This document shows positions 38,148 through 51,649 of a DNA stretch of 64,000 nucleotides, one piece after another. Below the pieces are notes generated by a model that was not told the origin of the DNA, did not search any database, and saw nothing but the letters and a program-made list of their open reading frames with translations. Position 1 is the stretch's first letter. The number at the start of each line of letters is the position of its first letter. Origin of the DNA: Iphione sp. A-MEVVRFRX5 (lineage: Eukaryota); contig OZ320322.1 of NCBI GenBank assembly GCA_976226885.1, positions 27,776,001 to 27,840,000 of the forward strand, given 5' to 3'. A program made the translations under genes and the position numbers.

Positions 38148-41100
38148 CTAAGACGCCCCGTCGGACCATCACTTGCCAGTTGATAATTACAACACCTTCC
38201 TCTATATTATCGTTCGGGGAAACGTTCTTTGGCTTATTTGGCTGGGAAGATAGGATGTCACTTGCTATGTAACCGAACACAAAATCATTATGCATCTGAC
38301 ACTGTTATTCTTTGATGATTCGTTTCAGAGGCTGCTGAAATATGTCCTTTCATAAAAAAAAAATTCTAGTTGCAACAACAACAACAAAACAGTCGGGCCG
38401 GTTAGAGTAGATCATCTAACATTGCAGTGACACGTAGTCGACGAAATACGGTAATTGTTATCCGGGTCACTGCTTTCCCCCGGCGACCACCAGAATGGAC
38501 GCGGGGACGGCCCCCTTTAAACAACTGAGGGGACCTGTGGAGCAGAAAGAATGGCGGACCCTGTACGCCGCCTACTACTACTACCACCACCGCCACCATC
38601 AACGGTGGCATGCCTGAAGTTTCCGGCGACCTGTAGGCGATCAATCACCACTGCACTGAGGCAGCATACCTGCGCACTCACCCGCGGTGGTAGACGCTGC
38701 TGCCGAGGGAGATGTCATCACTTTAATTTGTCTACATTGGTAGCAAGGGCCCCCCGATAAGGCCCGCGGTGATTGCAGTATCCTTAAAGGCCGGTAGTAT
38801 AGGTAACTTCGTTGTCGTTGAGAGGTGCATCAGGTGGGGCATGGCATCCAATATTGATAAATAAAAAAAATTAGACGGTCAAGAACGTGTGATAAATTCA
38901 AATGCAACCAACATAAGGAAACCCATTATCCAGATTTAGAAGTGTTGTTCATAAAACCATGACCCGTTAACATCGGGGGATCAGCGTGTAGTTAGAAGGT
39001 TGAATCAAGCCCGTCGTTTTGTCACTATTGGAGTCACTACAGTTTCCCTGTAAATATTAGCACTACCCATCTCCATCACTGAATTGGGGCGTAGTTTTAT
39101 TCAATAGTCACTTTTTGTAATATGACATTTTCCATGCTTTGAAACCTTAATTGGGGTAAATGCAAGAGGAGATCAAACCAAAGTTGCTGAGCACTGCAGT
39201 CAAAGAAAACTGTGGACATTTCTGCACCTACTACTAGTGAAAGGCTATAATATGCTTTTACACACATTATAGCAGACATATTGAAGAATGTATGTAATTA
39301 TGTTATCATACTGTTCGTTGGAAGGACCTTATGATAAGTCATTGAGAAGTGAATAAATGATCTTGAAATCTTGAATGTTTACTGCAAATTTTGAGTTCTT
39401 CCCAAAAGGACCTAAGCTGTGGTGCTTCATAGTTGCTTACGGCAACTCTAGACAGCTTGCTGCTTGTTACTTGAGCACAATGTTTGATATGAGCTTGGGG
39501 CAAAGCTTATAATATCCAAAAGCGATCGATGAATTGCTATTTTGTACCAGCTTCTATCCTTAAAACGGCAGTCACATGACTTTAGCGGTCCTAGAAGCGG
39601 ATGCAGCTGGCCAACACTCTGATGCATCATATATGGGTATCTGTACTCGAAAGCATACCCGTGAGGCGGTGGGTTTCGTTTCTGTTGGTGTCAGAAGTCA
39701 CATACGTTCCTGATCGACTGCGAGCGTACCATGTCGTGACTAAGACGTCGCTGACGTGGGGACCTTTTAACCTTATCACTCCTGCATCGTTAAAGGAGCA
39801 AGCTATCACCTTTCGTAGATCATGTCACCGTATCACGCGATCATCATCGCACCCTGTAAGTCGACAGCATTTGTCTCTCCACCCTCACGTCCCCGTTTCC
39901 TACCTCCCCTCCCTACTTGCAGGTGTCCCCCACCCCTTTGTTGCCACCAATCGAGCCCTTCTCGGAAAGAAAAACGCCAGAAGATCTGTGTCGGCTTGAA
40001 CACTGTACATATCGATACTACATGAAAATATGGGTCTGTCCGTATCCACATTTTTTTGGGTGAAAATAGACCTTTTAACACTGTGAAAAAAGGTCATTAG
40101 CCCACTGTGGCCCCCATTAAGTTACTTGTCCGTAAAAGAAAAATGTAAAACTATTTCTTAACGTGGAAAAACGGCTGGTCATAGCGTCTATCGCTACTTT
40201 TGAACGTTCCTCTTTACATCAGCTCCTCGCCACCTCCTCGTCCTGTAATGATGATGACCTGCCAAGGTCATGCAGGCTCTGGTGTATCATACAAATTCTC
40301 CGTCAGGTGAACAAGACCTGTACTGTTTCCACGGCGACTGTCGTTTCGACAGGTTGCACTACTGGGTTACCCCTGCGGCTGCGAACTCGACAACGAGTTA
40401 AGTAGCTTGGTGGCCTCCCTGACGCAGAAACAGGGGGACAGCCTCAACGGCCTGTTTGTCTTCACTATTGCTGAAGATTTTTTTTTCTCGACGCTAAAAT
40501 GTTCAATATAAAGCAGAATTTACTTGTGATATCCACATAGATGCCATATTTTTTCGTCTGGGTGAATTCGGTGAGAGAGAGATGAGCTGATCTAGTCTGA
40601 ACCTGCCGTAATTATTATACACACCTTCAGGTGCATGTATACAGAGTGCATTGTACACACACAAAACCTTACATTATGAAAAAGGATTTATATCTACGAA
40701 GTGAGTTATCGTTCGATATGGTCTTATTTTAGGAGGTGAGGTTCCATTAGCATAATTATGCTATACTTCAAGGACTAAAGTCCAACATAATGTAGTTTAA
40801 GTTGACCACAAAGTGACTGATGATCCGGCAACCTAATTTACATACATTTCTAAGAAAGGCAGCGCCCACAAAGCTGTGTGATGTGCATAGACCCATCAGG
40901 GCCCCGGACCGGGTGATGCTCTGTTGTTGGGGGACGGTAAACCAAGGCGACGCTTGCTCATCCTGACCGCTGCTGTGATGTACGGGGGTGGTGAGAGCTG
41001 GCGTCGAAAACTCGGTGACACGAGCAAACAACGCTTTGATCCTTCTCCAGAATGACACACATGCCTTCTGATGCTTCGACCTGCGGCTCAACATAGCAGG

Positions 41101-43622
41101 CCCTGCTTGTTTGCACTCCATCCACAGGGTATGTCTTTAGTCTGGCGTATTTGTACGCCATGGTTGTGTGACAAAACGTGCAGAGCATTGAGTCCTCCGG
41201 AGGCCAGAGCCATCAAAACAACTTTGGAGCTCTCCATAAGAGACGAGCTATTGAAATCTGTCACTTCTTCTATTATCGTAGGGTTCTTAACTATTGGGAA
41301 GTATGCGCAACCTTTGTCCAAGAAATTAGTTTACAGTATACCATACGTTTTGTACAACACCATGTGATATCATCCCTGCAGGCCTATGAGAGTATTTTCG
41401 GGCTACTATGGGGGCTGTCATTTAATTAAAATATGCTCTTTAGAATGGTTTTAGATTCCAGGAATCGCTACGCCTCCCACGCACAGTCGGCTTGGGCAAT
41501 CATCGGACCATCATCGGAAATGTGCACATCCTCTCAGACTAAATAGTCCCCAGATAAGTAGGGGATTCAAGCCTAGGGGCCAGGATGTCAGTCAGTTCGG
41601 ACAGACACTCTTCATTTTGTTCACATCCAGAGGCTCCTCCAAACATGCATACAGACACTGCTGAGGCATACACCGCATGATCGCATCTGGCGCCATTCGA
41701 TCTATGCAAACAAGGCTGGGATGTGTCAGCAGCCAATCGAAGGGCAAACTGTGGGTTTTTTTGGTGGCATAACAATTGCATTTACACTTCGATTAATAGT
41801 AGTCCAGCCAACACCTGTCTCTACTAGCTCTTAATTTTCTCCATACGGTGATGCAGTTATGAATGGAAGTGAACACGGCGCATTAAATGTGTATACTGTA
41901 GGTTATCTGTTTACATTGGCTTTCTTTTTACAATAATAGAAAAGATTTCACGTTAAGGACATGTCATAAAGGCGAAACGTAACCCTACATCTCTCTTGAA
42001 TAAAACTCGAAAATCCGTTTTGCTTTCTGATAAAATACCCCCACGTAATTGCTTCAATACAGCACTATGTAAAGTGCGTCTCCTGCTCGAATTTCTACTG
42101 TATACCAGATATTCCTGCAACAGTGAACGGATAACATTGAGCCTAGTAGTGATAAGCTTGGGCTGCATTCAGTTTCACATGTATCCAGATTTCCCTTACA
42201 CTTCTGTTTGTGTATGTAGTGGTCAATTGAAACTTACTGGAGCTTTTACATGCACACAGAGATATACTGTTGCTTTCATTTGCATTTCTCTGAATCAGTC
42301 TGGTATGGTTTTCCTTTGCAAATGCATCCGTATTCCATAAGCTTCTATAGTGAAAGTGACATCTGGTAACCATATGCAACTCATTAACATATGCAATCCA
42401 CAGGGGCGTAGCTACCCTTTTTCGATGCATTTGCCTAACTTTCGTATAGATACATGTGAAACTGGCCTTAAGGAGGAAGACCAAAAAAGATAGTAGCAAA
42501 ACAACCACTGTAGAGACGCTTATAGGGGAAGAAAAAAACCCAAACTGAGACTCCATCCTGTTAGAGTGGAGACACTCCTACCTGTCTGGACGTGACTGCA
42601 GTACTGATTAAGCGGGGGGGGGGATGGGGGATCCGTACTATGTACAACTGGGTAAACGGCTGCATTCCTGTGGTCTGTGACAGGGCAGGCTGACAGTGAT
42701 TGCACATTACACATATATTAGCGATCTCCTCCTACGAGCAAGGCTACGTAATGATGCTGGTGGCTACCACCATGAGGAGGATATGGTGCCACGGTATCCT
42801 CGCTTTATGGGCGGATAATTTGAATAAAAACAGGGCCAATTTTTATTACCCCTCTACCCCACTTCTACATGCATTTTCAAAGCAGTAAAAATCGGGTTAC
42901 ACGGGTTAAATCATGCGGCGACGAACAAATGTATAGTTTATCCTTAATCAAAGGAACATTTGTCATCGTTTTTGAAAGATGTTCTGGACAGGAGGGGTAA
43001 CACACATACTATTTTCCCAGATAATCTGCACCAGTTGATAGCTTGCATGGATAGTAGTGGAAGTTGACCTCCTGGCCCATTATAAGCCTCAGTCTCTCAC
43101 CCATGAGCCATTGTGGATCCTTACCCTCTTTCTAGTAGTGGCTTTCGCGTTTTGTGTATTCCTCACAACAGGTGGAGGCGAACACAGAAACCCCTTGTCC
43201 TTTGGCAAGACGAAGACGGAGCAGAGCATGTGTTGGTGGGCTGTGGCGACGAAACCTGACAGCAAGAACAACCCCGAGAGATACACGTGATATCACGGAG
43301 GGCATACAGGAGCCTGTGTTTTTTTAGCACACCACACACCCACAAGTATGGCCTCTGACCCGTGACCTCTGACCCGAACCGGGGGCTATGTACAGTACGT
43401 TAACTCGGACCTACATGCCTAGCATAAACGTTTGAGTCCAAAAGGAAATGCATTTGGTTTTGTGCTGCTTCTTAACAACAGACTTTATACTGAGATCATA
43501 TTCCGGAAAGTAAGAAATCTAGGCTTGAATGTCATCGCAAATACGACAGTCATATTCGTATGTATATAGCGTACAAGAACGAGGCAGGGAAGAAACACTG
43601 AAGTCTACAGTGGGTTTCAAAC

Positions 43623-43645
43623 TGTGTGTATGTATGTGTGTGTGC

Positions 43646-43703
<58 letters not shown>
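43623..43703. repeat. Compound (TG)n/(GA)28 microsatellite
   Basis: Imperfect TG run, then a perfect GA run at 43648-43703. Confidence 0.97.
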
Positions 43704-43705
<2 letters not shown>

Positions 43706-46463
43706 AGAGGGAGGGAGACGCTATGCACCCAAAATCTAAATCGCGCTGTTGACTTGAAGGAGGAAATACCATATCCGCCACTGGCATGTCAAACTCTTCA
43801 TACCCGAATGGGATATTGTCTATTTTTATTTAGACACAGTGATAGTCATATTATCTTCGACATGACCGGTCAGGTCTGTAGCTTATTCTGATTTGCACGC
43901 GGCGTACAATATCCCAACACACTGTATTCTTTTTAAACTCACATTCAGGAAAATATCCCTTCTATTTTGATTGTAAAGGCTTTCGGGTTTCCCAAGCATG
44001 TTTGCTCTTTCATTGTTATGATAACTGCTTCATCATCCTTACTGTATATCCAGCAGCAGAATATGCACTTGTCTTCTCAAAGTAATAAAGTGGAGAGGAG
44101 TTGGAGACGCCAATTGCATCGACTACGGTTGTATACATATAAACCGTTTAAATCAAGCGTGAATGGTTAAGGCTGTAATAGACGCTTACGGTCCATTATA
44201 CGTAGATCTCGGGAGAAGGGGCGCCAGGCACCCCCGAACAATGATTCACAAAGAACCAAAGGAATTCAACAACGTTTGGTATTGAACTGAGGGGACAGAT
44301 AACATATTGTATCCAACTTCTTGTTATCTCAGTAATGAATATATTATATGTTGTGGTATGGGTATGCCTCCAGCTGGAGCATACAAACCTTATTCTGATT
44401 CATTGGGTCTTTGTCACTGCACAAATATGTAATTACCAGCTCTTGTTCCAACTTGGCTTCCGTTTGTGATTCATCTTGTGTCTTATGCAATTTTCATGCT
44501 AAGAATAAGTTCATTCTGTAAGTTTGTGGCTAAGTTTAGAGCCAGACTTTGTATATAAGGGCTAAGTTTCATTAAATAAAGTACATTAGTTATTTTCTCA
44601 CTGCACTTCAAGAGAGTCACATCCAGCAGAAGTCCTACATTTGGGGTGAGCCACAAACTCTATGTGGACCTTGTTCATACCCCTCGGGGACAGCAGACAT
44701 CTTCATCAGAGACTGGCTCACATTACAATATACATTTTTTTTTCTAAAACATTGCCTGAAGGAAGGTCTGGCCCATGCTCATAGTGGTGTGATTTTAGAA
44801 TCATACATTAATTAGTTTATTTATACATACATTTGGAAATAATATTAAGAAATATGGTGAGAAATGCATAATTTGTGCGTGGAAAAAGGACTATCATTCA
44901 GAAGATTTGATATATGTTGGAATACTTTTTCAAGGCTGAGGAGGAATATGTGTTGGTTATGTAACAGATACCTTATCTGTACTCAAACAAGGAGAACCTC
45001 CCCTCATATCCCAAACTAGTTGCTTGTTTCCATAGAAAAAATGCCAGATAATGCTTGTATATGTATAATTTCATGGTATGCCAGTGTCATGTGGCATTGA
45101 CTCCTGCTCAGATATTCGTCATCATTTGAAAATCAAAAATGATTAGGAATTTCACCAGATTGACTGTTCTAAATATATTTATTTATTGAGTTAATGTTAT
45201 TGTCTTATGTCATATACCCTTGATAGATTGTGTATTATCAACAAACCTACTACGGTATGGAAATACCCCATGTAACATTTTCATATCCTGTTTCTTGTCT
45301 AAACTGCTGCATAGACCGACTTTCGTCTAGATAGCAATCACTTGCACGCGATCGAGACAAATAGACGGCACAATGCTCCAGATCATGTCAGTGGCCCGTA
45401 TACAGGGCTAAGCCAATACATCGTACTTCAGAAAAAAGAACAAATGCTCTTCACTGCAAGCTGACTGAACACACTTCTGCATGCTGCTTTTGAATACCAT
45501 TCATTCATTTACTCTCTTAAAAAGAGTTCTTTTTTTCAGTAACACGCTGTTCAAGACACGGAGCTGATATTGCCTGCCTAAGAACAAAATCATATAAACA
45601 CCAGAGTGGCCAACACTGCAGTTACTTCCAAGTAAAGTAAATGTGAGAAAGATAAAATGAATGGATGCACACGAAACTGCTGTTTTATACGCTGTGCCCA
45701 TCCGGCCTCCTGAATATTTATGGCAGGAACTGTAACCTTAGGACACAACGTAGTTTATCCACTTCATCTTTATCATTAAGATAGCACCCTGGCTGACTGA
45801 AGTCATCCATTGACGTTAAAGCTTGGGGTAGATCATTACAGACCGGGACAATAGAGAGGTACCTGCTTTAGAGCTTTTTGGGCGAGTTTTCTCTAGTTAT
45901 GAACTGTGTCAGGATAAATTATCGAACTTAAACGCTAAAGGAAAGATACCATAAAATAGATTAGACTTGCAAAGTCATAAATCTTTAAAAGAGTTTGGAT
46001 AGCGTGAAAAAGAGCATCAAATTCAATTCCCCAGTAATCGTTCTATTTGCTGAAAGTAGTTAAATGTTAGTCTTTATTGCGCTACGTTATATTTGATGAT
46101 ACCTCTAAGCAAGTACAACTTTTTTCCACTGACACAAGAACATGTACTTAAAAGGCCCTGTCATCATTAACCTTTCGTACACCCCGCACCGTAAACATAA
46201 AGGTATGCTAAGGTGGGCTTACCCCAATGGGTAATACATTTCCTCTAGGCGACATTTTATTTATGCACCATTTATCTCATTTCAAAAGACACACCCAGAC
46301 ACCGCTATGAAATGCTACCATTTGAAAAATATCATCGACTGAATATTCCTCATACACCTCCGTATTACTAGGGGGCACTTGTTATGTTAATAAATCGCCA
46401 GCCTTTTCTTCTAAACACCAAAGCAAATGCGAATGAATCACGACTTGGTCATCACCCAGTGTA

Positions 46464-46687
46464 TTCTGGTGTCACTTGAAATCAGTTTACGGCCCGGTTG
46501 AGTAAAGGCCCTCTATGCAGTGCCAGAATGCCGGTGTAATCCTCAACCAACAGCTGTGACAAGAAGGGACGGATAAGAGGACATGTACTGAATCGTAGTG
46601 AGAAGCCTCAAGAGTCACGCTCCGTTGCAGACAAATAGACTGCACTGCTCACTTCAGGAATGATCTGAATTTCAAGTGACAACAGAA
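46464..46687. mobile_element. Possible MITE / foldback element
   Basis: Inverted repeats ttctggtgtcacttgaaatcag and ctgaatttcaagtgacaacagaa (1 mismatch + 1 indel in 23 nt); no clear TSD. Confidence 0.45.
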
Positions 46688-48441
46688 GATCTTTGACTGA
46701 ACTGCTCACTCAGCGTGGAACAGTTATATCGGTGAGTAGGACCTGGAGACTGAGTAGGTCTATTTATCCCGACAAGTATTCCACACAATTGCCAGGGACA
46801 ATGCGGCCTCGGCCAAACATGCCAAGAGATGGCCTCCATCTACATATGCATTTTGTGTGGATCACAGATAAGTGTCAGTTTAACAGGCCACCAGATATTC
46901 CTATGGACAGACGTCGTTATAAGCAGCACACTTGAACCCTAGAACCGGACCTTCTAAATCTGAAGATGTCTCTTTAGAATGTTGATGACGCTGTGCATTC
47001 TCACACTGAATTCTTTCAAATATATATTCCTGGAGCCTATTGACTAACATATCCGTTTTAAAACTGATGCATTTGTAAGGGATAATGCAAATAATAAACG
47101 AATGGGAACAGGAAAGTTAGTACGTTACCTCTCCATGACGTGGAAGACAATTCTTACCTGCGTTAAGCATTCAGGATGAAAAATATACACATTGGCAGTC
47201 ATTGAAGACCAATAGAGCATAATATGAAACGACTGTCAATTACATATACCTTCAAAGGACTATCCATATCTATATTATTTGCAAACCAATGGTTGCAAAG
47301 TTTACTCTAAATTATATCTAGAGTTGGTGGCAATGTATGAAAAGCAGTACAGATATGCAGCACTTTCAGGTAATTAAAATGAATACATCTATGTAGATAT
47401 TTATATATACATGTCTATACAACATAAGGTTCCTTTCGGTGATATTTTTTTTCGTCTTTCCTTGACAGAGCCAATTATGAACTTTGGTGCTCGTCAACAA
47501 AAAGGATGAACAAAAAACAACGTTCAGGCATGCAATAAGGGAGCTGTTAGGCATCTCTATGTTGTACGAAGTGTTGCTGAAAGTTGGGACCTATGGGTAT
47601 ATACCCTAACGATGTCTCATCAGACATGACCGAGAATTTATATTTGGCATGGAAAGCCATGCTTATTTGTCTTATTAATTGGGTCAGCTCCAGGCCATGC
47701 GCTCTGAGCATGCCCAGAGGTCACCCGCTGTGCGCATGCCCCCCAGATCTCCTAACCCCTCCGGTCCAAACTGATAAGGCCAATATGTCTTCTTGGCAAA
47801 ACGCCAGTGAGCGGTACTACGGCACGGGGAGTCAGAATGACTGCCTTCAAGTCACCATAGAAACATATGGACGCATATAGATGGATCAAAGACGCAACGT
47901 ACAGATTCACTGACAGAATGAAATGTAAAAGGTTGCTCCAATTGACATTGTACATGTACATAATTATCAGTTATGTGGAAGAAACGGTGTACGTGCTCAC
48001 ACATATATCTATATGCAATATGTTTATATATATTTCATTTAAAAGGATCTTTTAAGATGCAAATCCTAAGCAGCAGTAACGGAAATTAAATTTTAGTGCT
48101 CCAGGACGAACACTTTATCAGTGTTGCATTTCCGATGGTTTACGTCACCTCACTTCGTTCTATGACTACTTAATTCACAAATTACGTATAAATTCTAGTT
48201 TGTCACGGTATGTAAATGTGCACCTTATAGGAGCGATTTACTTAAGTGCCATGGCCAACATGGGAGTAAGTTCTCCCAGACGCAGAATGGGAGAATGTCA
48301 CGCTCCCTGTCCACTGCCTTGGTATAAGCACACTTGGTTTGCATCTCTGTAAGGGTCTAAGGTCCCAGTATGTATAGCGGACAAAATGTGAAAAAAAATC
48401 TTTCGGTGCCCTATTTTCGGCTGGTGTGCGGTTGTTTACGG

Positions 48442-48456
48442 AGCGCCACTTGGTGG
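48442..48456 (-). promoter_or_regulatory. CTCF-like motif
   Basis: Minus strand CCACCAAGTGGCGCT versus consensus CCACCAGGTGGCGCT (1 mismatch); motif match only. Confidence 0.3.
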
Positions 48457-48938
48457 TGGCTGGATGAGTCAGGACACAGGCAGGCGATCCTTTTATTTCA
48501 GTTCCTTTTTGTTGAGAACTCTTCTTTTTTAGATGCCACCGGTCCACCTCTAGTGAGAAAAACTGAGCTACTTTGTTTCTGACAGAAAAAATTACTTCTG
48601 TAACGTATAAGTAACTAAACGATGTTGTAAATTAATAAAAAGACCTCCAATACAGGTAGGGATTTCTCAGGTCCCTATATATTCCACGTCTGGTCTCCTG
48701 GGATGTGTAACTGACGACGACTGGGAAGGACCTGCCTACAGACAGTGACATTTAATGGTTCACACAGACGCGAACTCTTAAGTCCTTTTTTTAACAACGT
48801 TTCTTTTCACTGGAAAAATAATAGACCATCGGGCCTTACATATCAAGTTCTTATGTCGTCGACATTTGATCAATTAGAAAAAAAAAATGTATATACAAGG
48901 AAGGATACACCGGATAAACAGAATAAATACTATAGGTG

Positions 48939-49291
48939 GGGAGTTATCTCAGTGGTAGAGCACTGGTCCACTGATTGAGAGGTCGCAGGTTCAATCCCAG
49001 GCTTGGGACTCTTAATTAGGACCAGACAGATTTACTGTAGCCCTAACCCAGAGTGGTCCACAACTCATAAAAAGGCCGTGGATGTATGGGATTCTGTCCC
49101 CTATGCACAAAAACCCCAGAAACCTATTCGAAATAAGAGTAGGGGACAACCCCGGGTATTCTGGTCTCTCAATTCTCAACAATAGATGATAGTATGTTAT
49201 CCCAGGAGGATATGGAAGAGCTCTGTCATGTGATAGAGAATATCTAGTTCCTGGTTAAAGATACAATGAAATGAAAATGAAATGAAATGTA
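48939..49291 (+). mobile_element. tRNA-derived SINE, copy 2, with a central domain resembling Meta/MESC SINEs
   Basis: A box TATCTCAGTGG and B box GGTTCAATCC; (TGAAA)n tail; 7-bp direct repeat ATAGGTG on both flanks (48932-48938, 49292-49298). The core (cccagagtggtccacaactcataaaaaggccgtggatgtat...aagagtagg) recalls the Meta/MESC consensus from memory. Confidence 0.88.
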
Positions 49292-51649
49292 ATAGGTGAT
49301 AGGCAAGACATTCTTAATGGATGGGTAGAGATGACTGCACCGGTACAAGTCCCGGCTGTACACATACTAGGTTGTATTTCTGAGAAAATCTGCTTGGCTG
49401 TTGAATTGGGATGTAGTAAATGGTAATTCTTTTCACTATTCAAAGCAATCATGTCAATGTGTTATTGATGACGTTTACACCGGGGGCTTTAGGCAGTTGT
49501 CGTCGCCAGAGGGGCGGTTTAGGTGCCTGTGATCTCCATGGATTCAGAGGAATTGTGAGATCTCCTTCTTTTGTTTCTCACTTTTTTGTCAAGGCCAACA
49601 GCAATTATCTATGGGAAATTTACATGGCTCTATAGACATGTGTTGCATATATTTGCCAAAAAAGCAGCTTAGTACGTCATTACAGAAATAGAAACAATAA
49701 CGATTCTAAAAGAGTTACTAATTCTTACAGCACTGAACTTAATCCTAAAATTTAAATGAAAATCCATGGATGACACGTGATAAACTGAGCTAATTTGGTT
49801 TCCCTTGGCAATAGCCATACTCCTTAATTTGAAAGTACTTTAAAATCTATATTTTGACTAAAAGTCTGGATAAGACCTAACATGGGTATACCATATTTTA
49901 TTTTGCAACCCTTCTGTGATGGTTTACACTGTTAAATACACACAAATTGCAGCTTAGAGTCTGACAAAGATGAAACTATTTACATCGGAAACACCACCTT
50001 TGTCATCCTTCCTATACATTCTTACAGCTCACTCAGCAATGTTAAGTACAGGTGCAACAAGGCCACATAGCAAGCATCAACAGGTACTACCTCGGACAAA
50101 GAACGTTGTCGGCAAAAAATATGGAGATTTGAATAAAGGAAAACCTATACGGAGCTTTATGATAAACTATCTATTACTTTCATGGAGAGCATCTAGACAG
50201 ACAGTTGACACACACTTAGGAGCCATTCGACATACTTAGAGTGCGACTCCGAGTCTCCATCAGATGACCTGTCATCCTACTCTCTGCAGGCCTGGGTCGG
50301 CCTGTCTGTCGCCTTCGGTAAGTCGCGTACTTTGTATCTGAACCTACATCTAGCTGTTGTATCGTTTTTTTTCGCTTTTCCTGTCGGGTTTCCCTGACGA
50401 CTGGTATTTATTAGTCCGACATGAGTTAAGCATGGCGGGTATGGATAATTTACACCATAATATGATTCTACTTTCAGTGTGATTCAGTCACTTCAAAAGC
50501 TTCGTTTGGTTCTCAATAAATCTGGCCATGCTGTAGATGGCTGTAAACTTTATTTTTTTTCTCTCACCAAGTAGATGCTGCAGGATAGCCTAATCTAGGT
50601 GAACGACCTTCACTGTCGAGTAGTCACTACATCAATTGTGCATTGTACACAACACAATATATCTGCACAATACAATGTCATGCACTTAAAACTCCGATGA
50701 GACATGCCAGGATACCATACAAACATACATGCCTTTATTCCTCATCGTTTACACTGTAGTTGTACAGGCATGCGTACATAGAAACATACAATAAACACAT
50801 CTACATCTAAAGTAGAATGTCACCCGGGTCACTACTGAACTAGGCAGGTAACCCAGGACATCTTGATGGTCCCCATGATACACAATACATAAAAATACCT
50901 CACTAAAAATATATATATATACAATATGTTTATTTCATCACTGGCGAAGAATATTCAATGTTCAAAGGTATATATTGTCCAGCACAAAATAGTTATATGA
51001 ATGATGATGACGATGTTAAGAAAGGTGAAAAAATTATTGTTCTCATATTCCCTATTCTACATTATAATATGTCAATTTAGATAACGATCTTGTCAATTAT
51101 TAAACCCTTAGATACATGGTCGACATTCGGCTTAGGTCTCCTTACTACAGCCTATGAAGCTAGTTAAACCTGAAGCTAGGATGCCAACCTGCTTCAACAC
51201 TTCTATGTTACCTTACAATATCAAAGTTTGAATGGTTAGCGGCTTACTTACATATATACATACATAGGTACGTAAACAACTCTGCATTAAGGACAACCCT
51301 GTGTGGTCCCAGCAGTAGTAGTATGGGAGGGTTTATACTGGATATATATGAATCTATAAAGACTCTTAATGTGTCGTGTTTGTGCAGCTGCAGTATCTAT
51401 AATTCATAATACTGGGGTTAAGGAACAGACAGACTCTACATGTAGATGCATACAAATTAAGGCTACATTGTAAATACAAAAGGCAGGCAGTGGACACATA
51501 ACAATACAGGTCAGTTCGATGTCAAGGATGTAAGTTTAGAAGGACCTATCCGGCCGACCGCGCATGCGCGTGTGGAATGATGAACCGTGCGGAGGTCCCC
51601 CATGTGGGGGCGGTTCACACTAAACAGCGCCAAGCAGCAGTGGGGCAAA

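Noticed and set aside
43125-43310. Hydrophobic, signal-peptide-like stretch and exon-like boundaries
   Set aside because: The frame giving VYLSGLFLLSGFVATA has an upstream stop and no ATG; the alternative frame needs a weak GTTTCG donor
48939-49010. tRNA-like sequence
   Set aside because: It is the SINE head: it runs into a shared 280-bp body and tail, with no proper acceptor stem or anticodon arm
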